A stretch of DNA of 64,000 bases from Candidatus Anstonellales archaeon (GTDB lineage Archaea; Micrarchaeota; Micrarchaeia; Anstonellales; J096), in NCBI GenBank assembly GCA_038896535.1, contig JAWACY010000001.1:198397-262396 (forward strand). The letters run 5' to 3'. Position numbers and translations under genes: made by a program. Under the pieces are notes generated by a model, which did not search any database, was not told the DNA's origin, and was given only the letters and a program-made list of their open reading frames with translations. Shown piece by piece: positions 1 through 9,116 of this stretch. Position 1 is the stretch's first letter. Every line of letters starts with the position of its first letter.

Positions 1-286
1 CCAAAAATAACAAACGACCCAAACAATCGGCCAATGATCAACCATCAAATGCAACCATCAAAAGGCGAACACTAACCAAGCAGCTAAAACAAAAACAAAA
101 AACAAGCAAATAAACAAAGCCAAGATTTGTTATAATGGGTATTGTTATACTGACTTTATAATGGCAGTATTGTTATAATAGGTATTAATTTATGTCATGG
201 CATGTTCAAATGTGTGCGAAAGCAAAAATGCAAAGATAGAAAAAAGAAGGAAAAGTTTAAATTATCTAATAATCATATATTATTTC

Positions 287-598
287 ATGGCAGAAGAGGT
301 TTTTTTTATACCTTCAAGTAAATATGCAAAGGCAAAGGCATTATTAGAGCAAAATCCTTATGAAGAACAAAGTTTTTCAAGAGTTGGCTATAAAATCAGA
401 GAAGCAAAATCAATAGGCTTGAATGCAGATGGATACTTTTTATATATAAAGGCAAGCGACGATTTTATTAAATTTGCAAGAGATAAACTTAAGGAGGTTT
501 TAGGAAGTATTGATAAAGACATGCTTGAAAAGGCAAAGCAAGAGATAGAAAAAGAAGAGCAAGATGCGATATCTGGATTTGGTTCATTATTTGGATGA
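287..598 (+). CDS. Hypothetical ~104-aa protein with a K/E-rich linker and a C-terminal GFGSLFG tail resembling the ribosomal P-stalk (aP1/aP0) factor-binding tail. The ORF-track start at 197 is probably too far upstream; MAEEV at 287 is likelier.
   Basis: ORF 197..598 with an internal ATG at 287 preceded by AT-rich TATA-like sequence. The C-terminal ...EKEEQDAISGFGSLFG matches the conserved stalk-tail pattern [G][FL][GS][AS]LFG. The N-terminal ~70 aa does not resemble the L12 dimerisation domain. Confidence 0.45.
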   Translation: MAEEVFFIPSSKYAKAKALLEQNPYEEQSFSRVGYKIREAKSIGLNADGYFLYIKASDDFIKFARDKLKEVLGSIDKDMLEKAKQEIEKEEQDAISGFGSLFG

Positions 599-602
599 GC
601 AC

Positions 603-1109
603 ATGGCAATAAAAAGCAGAGGCATTCCATCAAAAGAGGCTTTCTGGCTGCCAGCATTTTATAGCAATGATATAAGGCAGTTTCAAGATGAAAACGAGAA
701 TTTGACAAGGAGCATATGGAAGTTAGATGAAATATTGAATTTTATATTCCCAAGAAAATATCAAGAAACTTATTATAATGTTGCTTTAGCATTTATGAAT
801 TATCTTTTCTCTTTTTACGGCCATGTTGAATCAAAGCAGATAGCAGAATTTGTTAAGAACAATAAAATATCAAAAGCAACATTCTACAACAGGGTTTTAC
901 CAAGGTTAAAAAGGCTTGGGCTTATAAGAATAAGGAGAGAAACAGAATTAGGAGCAAATAAAAAGTATAGACGCATGAGGATAGAGATAAGCAAGACATT
1001 TGGCAATTACTTGTTAAAAATTGCGAATAGCTGGCTGGCTCATGTTGATGATATAAAAGAGCAAAGGCAAATGAATGCAAAAAAAGAACAAGCTGATCAG
1101 GGCCTGTAG
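603..1109 (+). CDS. Hypothetical protein, probably a winged-helix DNA-binding protein. I take the start at MAIKSRG; the last ~10 nt overlap tRNA-Val.
   Basis: Long ORF with an ATG at 603 immediately after the upstream stop. Basic residues and a plausible wHTH segment (ISKATFYNRVLPRLKRLGLIRI). No family recognised. Confidence 0.4.
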   Translation: MAIKSRGIPSKEAFWLPAFYSNDIRQFQDENENLTRSIWKLDEILNFIFPRKYQETYYNVALAFMNYLFSFYGHVESKQIAEFVKNNKISKATFYNRVLPRLKRLGLIRIRRETELGANKKYRRMRIEISKTFGNYLLKIANSWLAHVDDIKEQRQMNAKKEQADQGL

Positions 1110-1172
1110 TCGAGGGGCTAAGACGCCTCCTTCACACGGAGGAGATCCCAGGTTCAAATCCTGGCAGGCCCA
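1100..1172 (+). tRNA. tRNA-Val (anticodon CAC)
   Basis: Cloverleaf by eye: acceptor GGGCCTG/CAGGCCC, anticodon stem CCTCC/GGAGG with loop TTCACAC, T-arm CCAGG-TTCAAAT-CCTGG, discriminator A. Confidence 0.85.
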
Positions 1173-1174
1173 TA

Positions 1175-2062
1175 CTAAATTTTCTTTATTTTTGCTATGA
1201 AAAACCCCTCGCTATTAACATGCCATGGATATATCCTTTTCACATAATCACTGCATATAAATCCATGCTCCCCTTTTTCGCATTTTACTGGCAATGAAAA
1301 ATGCATTGGCTTGGCATTTTCCCTTTTCTCAATTAGAGAATCTATAACGCCCTCATTCTCTTCTGTTGTTATTGTGCATGTACTATAAACAAGCTCGCCA
1401 TTTGTTTTCAGCGCATCAAAACAGGATAATATCATTGCCTTTTGTATTCTTGCCATTGCCTTAACATGTCTTTCATTTGCCCTTCTTATTGCATAAAGAG
1501 AGCTGCCAAAACTTGAGCATGGCGCATCAAGTAATATATTATCAAAGTAATTATTGTTGAATGGCAAATGCCTCGAATCAGCTTTTATTATGCAAGTATT
1601 CATAACTCCAAGCCTGTCAAGGTTAGAAACAAGCAATGATATTCTTTCATAAGTTTTTTCTATTGAATATATGCCTGCCTTATTCTCCTTTATTGCAGCT
1701 ATTTGGCTTGTTTTGCTTCCTGGCGAAGATGCAGCATCAAGAAAAATTCCCATGTAATTATTAAATGCTAATACTGGCATCATTGAGCTGAAACTTTGTG
1801 GGTGTATGAAGCCAAGAAAATATGACAATGTTTTTCCTATTTTTTCCTTTCCTTTATACAAAAATCCATACTTATAAGATGTTTTTTCATAATCAAAATC
1901 TGCAATATCAAAAAATTCCTTTATACTCGTTTTTATTGTATTAACCCTAAAATATGTTCCCTGCTCTAACAATGAAGTTATAAAATGCACAGCATCAAAG
2001 CCAAACCTTTCTGCTAATGATGAGAAGAAATTACTAAATTTCAATTCTTTCAGATATTTCAC
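1175..2062 (-). CDS. NOL1/NOP2/Sun-family RNA cytosine-C5 methyltransferase (tRNA/rRNA m5C MTase)
   Basis: SAM-binding DAASSPGSKT, catalytic DAPCSSFG (motif IV Cys) and YSTCT (motif VI Cys), which are hallmarks of the NSUN/RsmB/Trm4 family. Confidence 0.85.
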   Translation of the reverse strand: MKYLKELKFSNFFSSLAERFGFDAVHFITSLLEQGTYFRVNTIKTSIKEFFDIADFDYEKTSYKYGFLYKGKEKIGKTLSYFLGFIHPQSFSSMMPVLAFNNYMGIFLDAASSPGSKTSQIAAIKENKAGIYSIEKTYERISLLVSNLDRLGVMNTCIIKADSRHLPFNNNYFDNILLDAPCSSFGSSLYAIRRANERHVKAMARIQKAMILSCFDALKTNGELVYSTCTITTEENEGVIDSLIEKRENAKPMHFSLPVKCEKGEHGFICSDYVKRIYPWHVNSEGFFIAKIKKI

Positions 2063-3272
2063 CCGCTATATTTGTATTCATAATTTCATCTATTTTTTCA
2101 TGCCTTTTTTCTCTTTTCATTGCCCATGACAACTTAACAAATGCAGTTTCTGGGGTCATGTCATTAATATTGCCTCTAACCCCTATTTCTTGTAATTCTC
2201 TACCAGTGCTATAAACATTCATATTCACTCTCCCATATATCGTTTGTGTTGTCATGTAAATAAATATGCCAGAGTCGATAAGCTCTTTAAGCACTTTTTT
2301 GAGCGATGTTGAAATATGGCCAAGCCCTGCGCCTGCAATTACTATGCCATCATAATCAGATAATTTCTTCAAGAATGATTCTTTCATTCCAGGATAATAA
2401 TAAATAAGAGCAACATTATCATTAAACCCATTATGCAATTCAAGCTTTTCATGTTTTATTGGTTGCAATAGCCATTTGGCATAGTTGCTTTTATAATCAA
2501 CTTCAGCTAGATGGCTTATATTTATGCTTTTAAATGCATCCCTTCTGCTTGAATGCATTTTTCTAACCTTTGTTCCTCTGTGCAAATAGCATAATGTATC
2601 ATTCAATGAAGCATGCATGCATATACATGCTTCTCCAAAATCGAGTTTTGAAGCATAAACTGCATTCAATAAATTTAACTTATTATCACTGCTCGGCCTA
2701 TCAGAACTTCTCTGAGCACCAACTAGGATTAGGGGCTTATTAAGTCTTAATGCAAAAGATAATGCGGCTGAAGTGTAATGCATTGTATCAGTGCCATGTA
2801 AGAGGATAATGCCTTCATAATCCTTCATATAATCATAAACACTTTCTGCTATGCTTTCCCAATGCCATGGCTGCATATCCTCGCTGAATATGTTAAAAAG
2901 CTGGTATACATCAACATCTTTAAGTTCAAACTGGTCTTTAAGCTCCTTTGCAGTTATTTTTGGGTAAACTGCTCCTGTATTGTAATCGACCTTTGACGCT
3001 ATTGTACCACCTATGCCTATTATAGCAATATCATTTTTCTCTTCCATTTTTTTCTCATGCTCTTTTTCTTCTTTCACTTGTTCATCAATATCAATTAATT
3101 CAATTATGTCTAAATCAGATTTTTTTATCCCTATGTTATAGCCATTGCTAAGTTTTATTACATATATACCTTCATATGGGGATTGCAGCATTATTCCCTC
3201 TATGTTTTTTCCTTTCCATCTTGCCTTTATTTTCTTCACAAAACATATTATGCAAAAAGTTTTAAAGTACAT
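2034..3272 (-). CDS. gatD: Glu-tRNA(Gln) amidotransferase subunit D (GatD, asparaginase-like)
   Basis: Asparaginase-family motifs IGGTIAS and HGTDTM. The N-terminal GatD-specific domain (GKNIEGIMLQSPYEGIYVIKLSNGYNIGI) resembles GatD N-termini. Length ~410 aa. Confidence 0.8.
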   Translation of the reverse strand: MYFKTFCIICFVKKIKARWKGKNIEGIMLQSPYEGIYVIKLSNGYNIGIKKSDLDIIELIDIDEQVKEEKEHEKKMEEKNDIAIIGIGGTIASKVDYNTGAVYPKITAKELKDQFELKDVDVYQLFNIFSEDMQPWHWESIAESVYDYMKDYEGIILLHGTDTMHYTSAALSFALRLNKPLILVGAQRSSDRPSSDNKLNLLNAVYASKLDFGEACICMHASLNDTLCYLHRGTKVRKMHSSRRDAFKSINISHLAEVDYKSNYAKWLLQPIKHEKLELHNGFNDNVALIYYYPGMKESFLKKLSDYDGIVIAGAGLGHISTSLKKVLKELIDSGIFIYMTTQTIYGRVNMNVYSTGRELQEIGVRGNINDMTPETAFVKLSWAMKREKRHEKIDEIMNTNIAGEISERIEI

Positions 3273-3287
3273 TACTAATTTAGTAAT

Positions 3288-4028
3288 ATGGAAATATATG
3301 AATTAATGCCAAAAAAGGAGCGCAATCCATTATCAGTTGATTTTATAAAAGAAAACGCAGATTTGATGAAGAAACTTGGCATTGATAAAACCCCTGAAAA
3401 ACTGTCAGAAGACCTTAAAGGAATTTTGTCGAGACTCAGCACAGCCCTTGTGGAATTAAATAATATTGATAAGGAAACTGAGTTATTTATTCATGCGATT
3501 GCAAGGCAGAAAGTAATTAATCAAACAAACCTGAATAAGATAAGCAAAAAATACAAGAATTTAGTATATGCATTATCATATCTAATATCTATGAAAAAAG
3601 AATCAGATTTTTATGTGGCAACAAATTTTTCGTCTGATATTATAAGAAAATTGGCTGATAGGGACATAAACAGCTTGGAAGATTTAATTATATTAACATT
3701 AGATTTGAAAAATGATAAAGCTGTTAGGGAAGCTATCAAAAAAATGGCTGGCCTTGATGAAGTTCCATCTCTTAAAAACTTCTCTCGCCTACTGACCAAT
3801 AGTGACCAAATAACGCAGCACATTTTTGTCAAGTATTTATTACCATCAATAATTTCTTGCGCTGTTAGTAATGAAGAAATAGAAAAAATACTCGATGCAC
3901 TTAAAACAATAGCAACTGCTAAAATGAGCCATAAAGAGTTTTATAACTCATTTAACAATATAAGGCTTATGCTTTATATGTTTGGTTATAGTAATATTGC
4001 AATTGATTATTTAAGGTGCTTTGAATGA
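3288..4028 (+). CDS. Hypothetical alpha-helical protein; first gene of a three-gene overlapping operon
   Basis: 246-aa ORF whose stop overlaps the next start (ATGA at 4025). No recognisable motif. Confidence 0.5.
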   Translation: MEIYELMPKKERNPLSVDFIKENADLMKKLGIDKTPEKLSEDLKGILSRLSTALVELNNIDKETELFIHAIARQKVINQTNLNKISKKYKNLVYALSYLISMKKESDFYVATNFSSDIIRKLADRDINSLEDLIILTLDLKNDKAVREAIKKMAGLDEVPSLKNFSRLLTNSDQITQHIFVKYLLPSIISCAVSNEEIEKILDALKTIATAKMSHKEFYNSFNNIRLMLYMFGYSNIAIDYLRCFE

Positions 4029-5164
4029 GCTTTTCATTGAGGATCAAGAATTTATTTGGAGCACAAGAACTTTTTGAAGGCGTTGTTAATGAGAATGCAT
4101 TTTTGTTCTTAAACTCCAGCAGAAATAGGAAGCAAGATGAACTTATAGATATTGCATTAAAGGGAGATGTGGTTGCAATATTTATGTCAAGTTTACTGAT
4201 AGATTTTTTTAGAGAAACTGAACCAGCATGTAAGAGCGATACATACGATGTTTATTTTTTTGATAAAACAAAAAATGAAAGCATAAACGCATATGGGCAA
4301 AATAAGGCGATATATAAAATAATAAAAAAAGGAAATGTTGCATTAAAAGAAGACTCTTTGATCAAAGACCCAAAAGTTTTTGAGGGCGATTATAAAATAT
4401 ATGTTGGCAATGATAGCTTTACACAATCATTGATTGGACAAGAAATTGATGAGCATATATCAATAGCAAGAATAATAAAGGCAGAAATAGAAGGAGAAGC
4501 CTATGCATGGAAGAAGAAACAAGAAAAGTTAGCACAAAATCCATTGATTGCATTGGCACAAGCGATGAATATGTATGGAGAAAAATGCTTTATAATGAAA
4601 AATGGGACAATATACCAAAGCCCAGAAATAGTGTTTAATGAGCAATCCATGCCGGATAAAAAAAGCTTGGATTTAATGTTTTTATATTCATTCATAAAAG
4701 AACTGAAAGATGCCTTCGCTTATTATATGTCATATGAAGGGAGAGCATTGAAATTAATTAAGAATAGCATAGCTTATACGCATTATTTTAATAAAGAAGT
4801 CATAGTGCCACAAACAATGATACATAAAGAATGGAAAGAAGATATTGATTATACAAGAATTGATGACATAGCAATTACAAAGCTTTCAAATTGGCTTTTG
4901 TCTAATGATAAAAAAGAAATATTTTTAACATATTCTGACAAATCATATTATCTTAATGAGCATTTTAATATGAACTTAAGAGAAATTTCATTAGAAAAAA
5001 AACAAGCAAGCGATGTAAAAGTTAATTTCACAAAGACAAAGGATGAGTATGCATTGCTTTATAAAATAGGCAGTTGGCGTTATGATTTGTTTCCTATTGT
5101 TTATAAAGAGTTTTATGCAATAGCAGATTTTGAAGAAAAATTCGGTTATATGCTTGAGCCGTGA
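4025..5164 (+). CDS. Hypothetical protein, 379 aa
   Basis: Long ORF translationally coupled to its neighbours on both sides. No motif recognised. Confidence 0.5.
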   Translation: MSFSLRIKNLFGAQELFEGVVNENAFLFLNSSRNRKQDELIDIALKGDVVAIFMSSLLIDFFRETEPACKSDTYDVYFFDKTKNESINAYGQNKAIYKIIKKGNVALKEDSLIKDPKVFEGDYKIYVGNDSFTQSLIGQEIDEHISIARIIKAEIEGEAYAWKKKQEKLAQNPLIALAQAMNMYGEKCFIMKNGTIYQSPEIVFNEQSMPDKKSLDLMFLYSFIKELKDAFAYYMSYEGRALKLIKNSIAYTHYFNKEVIVPQTMIHKEWKEDIDYTRIDDIAITKLSNWLLSNDKKEIFLTYSDKSYYLNEHFNMNLREISLEKKQASDVKVNFTKTKDEYALLYKIGSWRYDLFPIVYKEFYAIADFEEKFGYMLEP

Positions 5165-5168
5165 TATC

Positions 5169-5849
5169 ATGAAAAAACTCAAAGCAGAAATTGCTGGAGA
5201 ACTCATAATGGCAGAAAAGCCAGGAGAAGCAATGAGAAAATGGAGGGAAGTATTTGAAATAAGTCAAACAGAGCTTTCAAATTATCTTAATATTTCTCCA
5301 TCAACAATAAGCGATTATGAAAGCGGGAGAAGAAAAAATCCAGGGATAAAAGTAATAAAGAGATTTGTTGATGCACTTTTTGATATAGATATGTCAAGAG
5401 GAGGCAAAATAATAAAGAAATTACAAGAAGGCGAGACAAGCCATGAGGAATACTTTGAAGTCAGAGAGTTTTCAAAAGCAGTCCCATTACAAGATTTTGT
5501 CTCTATAATACAGGGGAAAGTAATAACAAATGAGCAGTTGATAAAGAATATAAATATACATGGCTTTGTTATACTGCACAGCATAAAAGTTATGCTGGAA
5601 ATGCCGCAAGAGATGTTTAAATTACTCAATATACATGCAATGGATAAAGTCTTTGTATTTTTAGATGTTAGCACTGGCAGAAGTCCATTAATAGTTATAA
5701 GAATTGCTCCAAACAAACCAAAAGCAGTTGTACTTCACAATCTTGATAAAGTTGATGACTTAGCGAAAAAAATATCTGAAAGAGAGAAAATACCAATAAT
5801 AACTTCTAAAATGCCAATACAAGAAATGCTGAAAAAATTAATATTTTAA
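5169..5849 (+). CDS. HTH (XRE-type) transcriptional regulator with a C-terminal uncharacterised domain, of the archaeal COG1395-like architecture
   Basis: N-terminal MRKWREVFEISQTELSNYLNISPSTISDYESGRR is a classic XRE/Cro HTH_3 motif. I take the start at MKKLKAEIAG (ATG 5169), just after the upstream stop at 5164. Confidence 0.6.
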   Translation: MKKLKAEIAGELIMAEKPGEAMRKWREVFEISQTELSNYLNISPSTISDYESGRRKNPGIKVIKRFVDALFDIDMSRGGKIIKKLQEGETSHEEYFEVREFSKAVPLQDFVSIIQGKVITNEQLIKNINIHGFVILHSIKVMLEMPQEMFKLLNIHAMDKVFVFLDVSTGRSPLIVIRIAPNKPKAVVLHNLDKVDDLAKKISEREKIPIITSKMPIQEMLKKLIF

Positions 5850-5997
5850 ATTTCCCTTATTTTTGATTTTTTATTTTGCATTATATGAGGTAATAATTAA
5901 TGCAGCAAATAGCCATAATAGCAGATTTTTAAATACCGTCAAGTTTTTAAATATTGCCATCGAAATGCCTAAATAAATAATAAAGAGGTTGAGAACA

Positions 5998-6276
5998 ATG
6001 GGAGAAAGAGTAAGTAAGGAAAGAGTAAATAGAAAAGATGGGTATCTATATTTTGTAGGCAAAGATGGCTATGTTTGGGAAGTGCCTGCAAAGCACAACC
6101 CATCAGGCAGAAAAAGCAGAGTTGGGACAGAGAAGATTGCAAAGGCCCCTGGTTATCTCTATTATGTAGGAACAGATGGGTATGTATATAGAGCAAAGAT
6201 GAACAGAGGGGGCAAGAAAGGGGCAAGAAGAAAGAGAAGAGCAAAGAAGGCAAAAGCAAAGAAGAGAAAGAGATAA
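5998..6276 (+). CDS. Small basic protein with two internal repeats (KDGYLYFVGKDGYVWEV and PGYLYYVGTDGYVYRAK) and a Lys/Arg-rich tail; probable nucleic-acid-binding protein
   Basis: ORF with a GAGGT Shine-Dalgarno-like element ~8 nt before the ATG at 5998. Internal duplication is visible in the translation. The C-terminal GKKGARRKRRAKKAKAKKRKR is extremely basic. Confidence 0.5.
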   Translation: MGERVSKERVNRKDGYLYFVGKDGYVWEVPAKHNPSGRKSRVGTEKIAKAPGYLYYVGTDGYVYRAKMNRGGKKGARRKRRAKKAKAKKRKR

Positions 6277-6424
6277 AAAAACCTTTTGTTTTCTTAAATT
6301 TATTGTTTTTTTATTTCTTTTATTTGTTTTATCTATTTATTGTTCCATTGAGAAGCAGCCTTGAGAAGCAGCCATTTATTTAAAAAGATTTTTGCATAAT
6401 AACCTTACTTATAAGAGTGATAAT

Positions 6425-6670
6425 ATGGCAAATGTTGTTATGATTATGAATGTGAATATAAGCGAGCAGGATAAAATAGATAGCATAGCAGAAGAAATAA
6501 AGAAAAAGCTGAATGTTAGTGATATAAAAAAAGAGGATATAGGCTTTGGCATAAAAAGGCTTAAAATAGCTGTAATGCTAGATGATGAAAAAGGGAGTGA
6601 TGTTGAGCAAATACTCTATGATATTGATGGCATATCTTCTGTTGAAACAATAAGCGTAACAAGAGTATAA
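6425..6670 (+). CDS. Elongation factor 1-beta (aEF-1B)
   Basis: IGFGIKRLKIAVMLDDEKG and ISSVETISVTRV match the archaeal EF1B guanine-nucleotide-exchange fold, and the size fits at ~82 aa from MANVV. It sits immediately upstream of aEF-2. Confidence 0.8.
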   Translation: MANVVMIMNVNISEQDKIDSIAEEIKKKLNVSDIKKEDIGFGIKRLKIAVMLDDEKGSDVEQILYDIDGISSVETISVTRV

Positions 6671-6694
6671 AGGTTTTAATCGAAGGTTGGGATT

Positions 6695-8896
6695 ATGGTA
6701 AGAAAAGAAGCAGTTGTAGAAGATGTAGTAAAAATAATGGAGAACCTTGATTTTGTTAGAAATATGGCAATAGTTGCGCATGTAGACCATGGAAAAACAA
6801 CTTTAAGTGATAGCCTTGTTGCTAGGTCAGGATTAATAAGCAAAGAACTTGCAGGGCAACAAAGAGTGCTTGATTATGACATACAAGAGCAGAAGAGGGG
6901 AATAACAATAAAAGCAGCAAATATAAGCTTAGGCTTTACTTATGAAGGCAAGGATTATTTAATAAACTTAATAGATACACCAGGCCATGTTGATTTTGGC
7001 GGGCATGTTACAAGAGCTATGCGTGCTGTTGATGGTGTTGTTCTTGTTGTAGATGCAGTTGAAGGCATTATGCCTCAAACAGAAACTGTTTTAAGACAGG
7101 CATTAAAAGAAAGAGCGAAGCCAGTGCTTTTCATAAATAAAGTTGATAGGCTTATAAATGAGCTTAAGCTCTCACAGCAGCAGATAATGGAGAAGCTTAT
7201 TAAGATCATTGCTGGAGTTAATAAAATAATAGAAGCAAACGCACCTGAACAATTTAAAAAAGATTGGCAAGTATCTGTTGAAAATGGCAAAGTTGCAATA
7301 GGATCAGCATTCAATAAATGGGCACTCAGCATTAATAGTATGAAGAAAACAGGCATAAATTTCTCAAAAGTTTATGAGCTGGTATCAAATAATAAAATGA
7401 GTGAATTGAGCGAACTTTCTCCTGTTGATGAAGTTGTGCTTGAAATGGCAGTTAAAAACTTGCCAAATCCAAAGCAAGCACAGGCATATAGAATTCCTGT
7501 TCTATGGCACGGAAACATTGAAAGCGATGAAGGAAAGGCAATGCTTTTATGTAATGCAAATGCTCCAACAATAGGTGTTGTTTTTGGAGTAGTCTATGAC
7601 GAACATGCTGGCGAGGTAGCTGTTGTAAGGCTTTTTTCTGGAACAATAAGGAAAGGAGATAATTTATATGTTGCATCAAAACTTGCTTATAATAGAGTGC
7701 AGCAGGTTGCTATTTATATGGGCCCAGATAGGATACAAGCTGAAAAAATAACCGCTGGCAATATAGGGGCTGTTGTTGGGCTTAAGGACGTTTATGTTGG
7801 AGAAACAATAAGTTCAATGCCTATAGAGCCATTTGAACAAATAAAGCATTATTCAGAACCAGTAGTTACAAAAAGCATAGAAGCGGCAAATCCGAAAGAT
7901 TTAGGAAAATTAATAGAAGTTTTAAGAGGACTTGCAAAAGAAGACCCAACATTAAGGGTAGAGCTAAATCAAGAGACAGGAGAACACTTAATAAGCGGTA
8001 TGGGAGAGTTACACTTAGAAATTATTGAATATAAAATAAGAGAAGAAAAAGGCGTTGCAATAAAAACAAGCCCGCCAATTGTTGTTTATAGAGAAACACT
8101 TGCCTCTAAAGAAGGGCCTGTAATAGAAGGAAAAAGTCCAAACAAGCATAACAAGCTTTATATAAAAGTTGAAAAACTTAATGATAATATTGTTAAGGCA
8201 CTTGATAATGCAGAAATCCCTGAAGGAAGAATAAAAGGAAAAGTTCCACAACAGCTTGTTGAAAAGCTTGTCTCTCTTGGCATGGACAGAGATGAAGCAA
8301 AAGGGCTTTGGGATGTTTATAATAAAAACTTTCTTATTGATGCAACAAAAGGAGTGCAATACTTAAATGAAGTGCAAGAACTTATAGTACAAGGTTTTGA
8401 AGAAGCAATGTCCAAAGGGCCTTTATCACAAGAAAAGGTTGCTGGCATAAAAGTTGTGCTTGTTGATGCAACCTTGCATGAAGATAATGTACACAGAGGG
8501 CCTGCACAAATATTACCAGCAGTAAAAAGGCCTATATATGCCTCAATGTTAAAGGCAAATGTACAATTGCTTGAACCAAAACAGAAAATATTAGTACAAG
8601 TCCCACAAGATTATGCTAGTGCCGTGCTTAATTTGATGAATGGGAAAAGGGCAAAACTATTATCTCTTGAACAGGAAGGAGATATGGCAACAATAAATGT
8701 TATTGTTCCAGTTGCAGAAACATTTGGCTTGAGCAATGAATTAAGAGGCGTTAGTCAAGGAAGAGCAATTTGGTATAGTGAATATTATGGGTATGAGCCA
8801 TTACCAAGAGAATTACAGGATAAAGTTGTTTATTCAATCAGAGATAGAAAAGGCCTGCCAAAAGAACCGCCAAAAGCAGAAGAATTTATGGAATGA
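6695..8896 (+). CDS. fusA: Elongation factor 2 (aEF-2)
   Basis: G-domain motifs AHVDHGKTTLSD, DTPGHVDF and NKVDR. Length 733 aa, with the C-terminal diphthamide-region architecture. Confidence 0.95.
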   Translation: MVRKEAVVEDVVKIMENLDFVRNMAIVAHVDHGKTTLSDSLVARSGLISKELAGQQRVLDYDIQEQKRGITIKAANISLGFTYEGKDYLINLIDTPGHVDFGGHVTRAMRAVDGVVLVVDAVEGIMPQTETVLRQALKERAKPVLFINKVDRLINELKLSQQQIMEKLIKIIAGVNKIIEANAPEQFKKDWQVSVENGKVAIGSAFNKWALSINSMKKTGINFSKVYELVSNNKMSELSELSPVDEVVLEMAVKNLPNPKQAQAYRIPVLWHGNIESDEGKAMLLCNANAPTIGVVFGVVYDEHAGEVAVVRLFSGTIRKGDNLYVASKLAYNRVQQVAIYMGPDRIQAEKITAGNIGAVVGLKDVYVGETISSMPIEPFEQIKHYSEPVVTKSIEAANPKDLGKLIEVLRGLAKEDPTLRVELNQETGEHLISGMGELHLEIIEYKIREEKGVAIKTSPPIVVYRETLASKEGPVIEGKSPNKHNKLYIKVEKLNDNIVKALDNAEIPEGRIKGKVPQQLVEKLVSLGMDRDEAKGLWDVYNKNFLIDATKGVQYLNEVQELIVQGFEEAMSKGPLSQEKVAGIKVVLVDATLHEDNVHRGPAQILPAVKRPIYASMLKANVQLLEPKQKILVQVPQDYASAVLNLMNGKRAKLLSLEQEGDMATINVIVPVAETFGLSNELRGVSQGRAIWYSEYYGYEPLPRELQDKVVYSIRDRKGLPKEPPKAEEFME

Positions 8897-8947
8897 TATT
8901 GAATAAAGACAAAAAATAAAAATAAATACATACATTTTTTATTTATA

Positions 8948-9032
8948 GCAGGGGTCGCCAAGCCTGGTCAACGGCGCAGGACTTAAGATCCTGTCCCATA
9001 TGGGTTCGTGGGTTCAAATCCCACCCCCTGCA
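8948..9032 (+). tRNA. tRNA-Leu (anticodon TAA), type II with a long variable arm
   Basis: Acceptor GCAGGGG/CCCCTGC, anticodon stem CAGGA/TCCTG with loop CTTAAGA, variable arm CCCAT..ATGGG, T-arm GTGGG-TTCAAAT-CCCAC, discriminator A. Confidence 0.85.
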
Positions 9033-9116
9033 CATATAAGCGAGTTAGGAGTTAGCCGATATAAGCAAAACCTTCGAGCGAAGCGAGAAGAGGATTTGAA
9101 GCCAAAGGGTTCAAAT

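Noticed and set aside
1100-1109. Overlap between the 3' end of ORF 603..1109 and the 5' end of tRNA-Val
   Set aside because: The 10-nt overlap is compatible with both features being real. I do not treat it as a frameshift or pseudogene signal.
5130-5168. Upstream in-frame ATG (5130) for the HTH regulator and 57372 for pdaD
   Set aside because: These starts would overlap the preceding genes by 35-78 nt. The downstream ATGs (5169 and 57492) sit right after the upstream stops and match the N-termini of the protein families.
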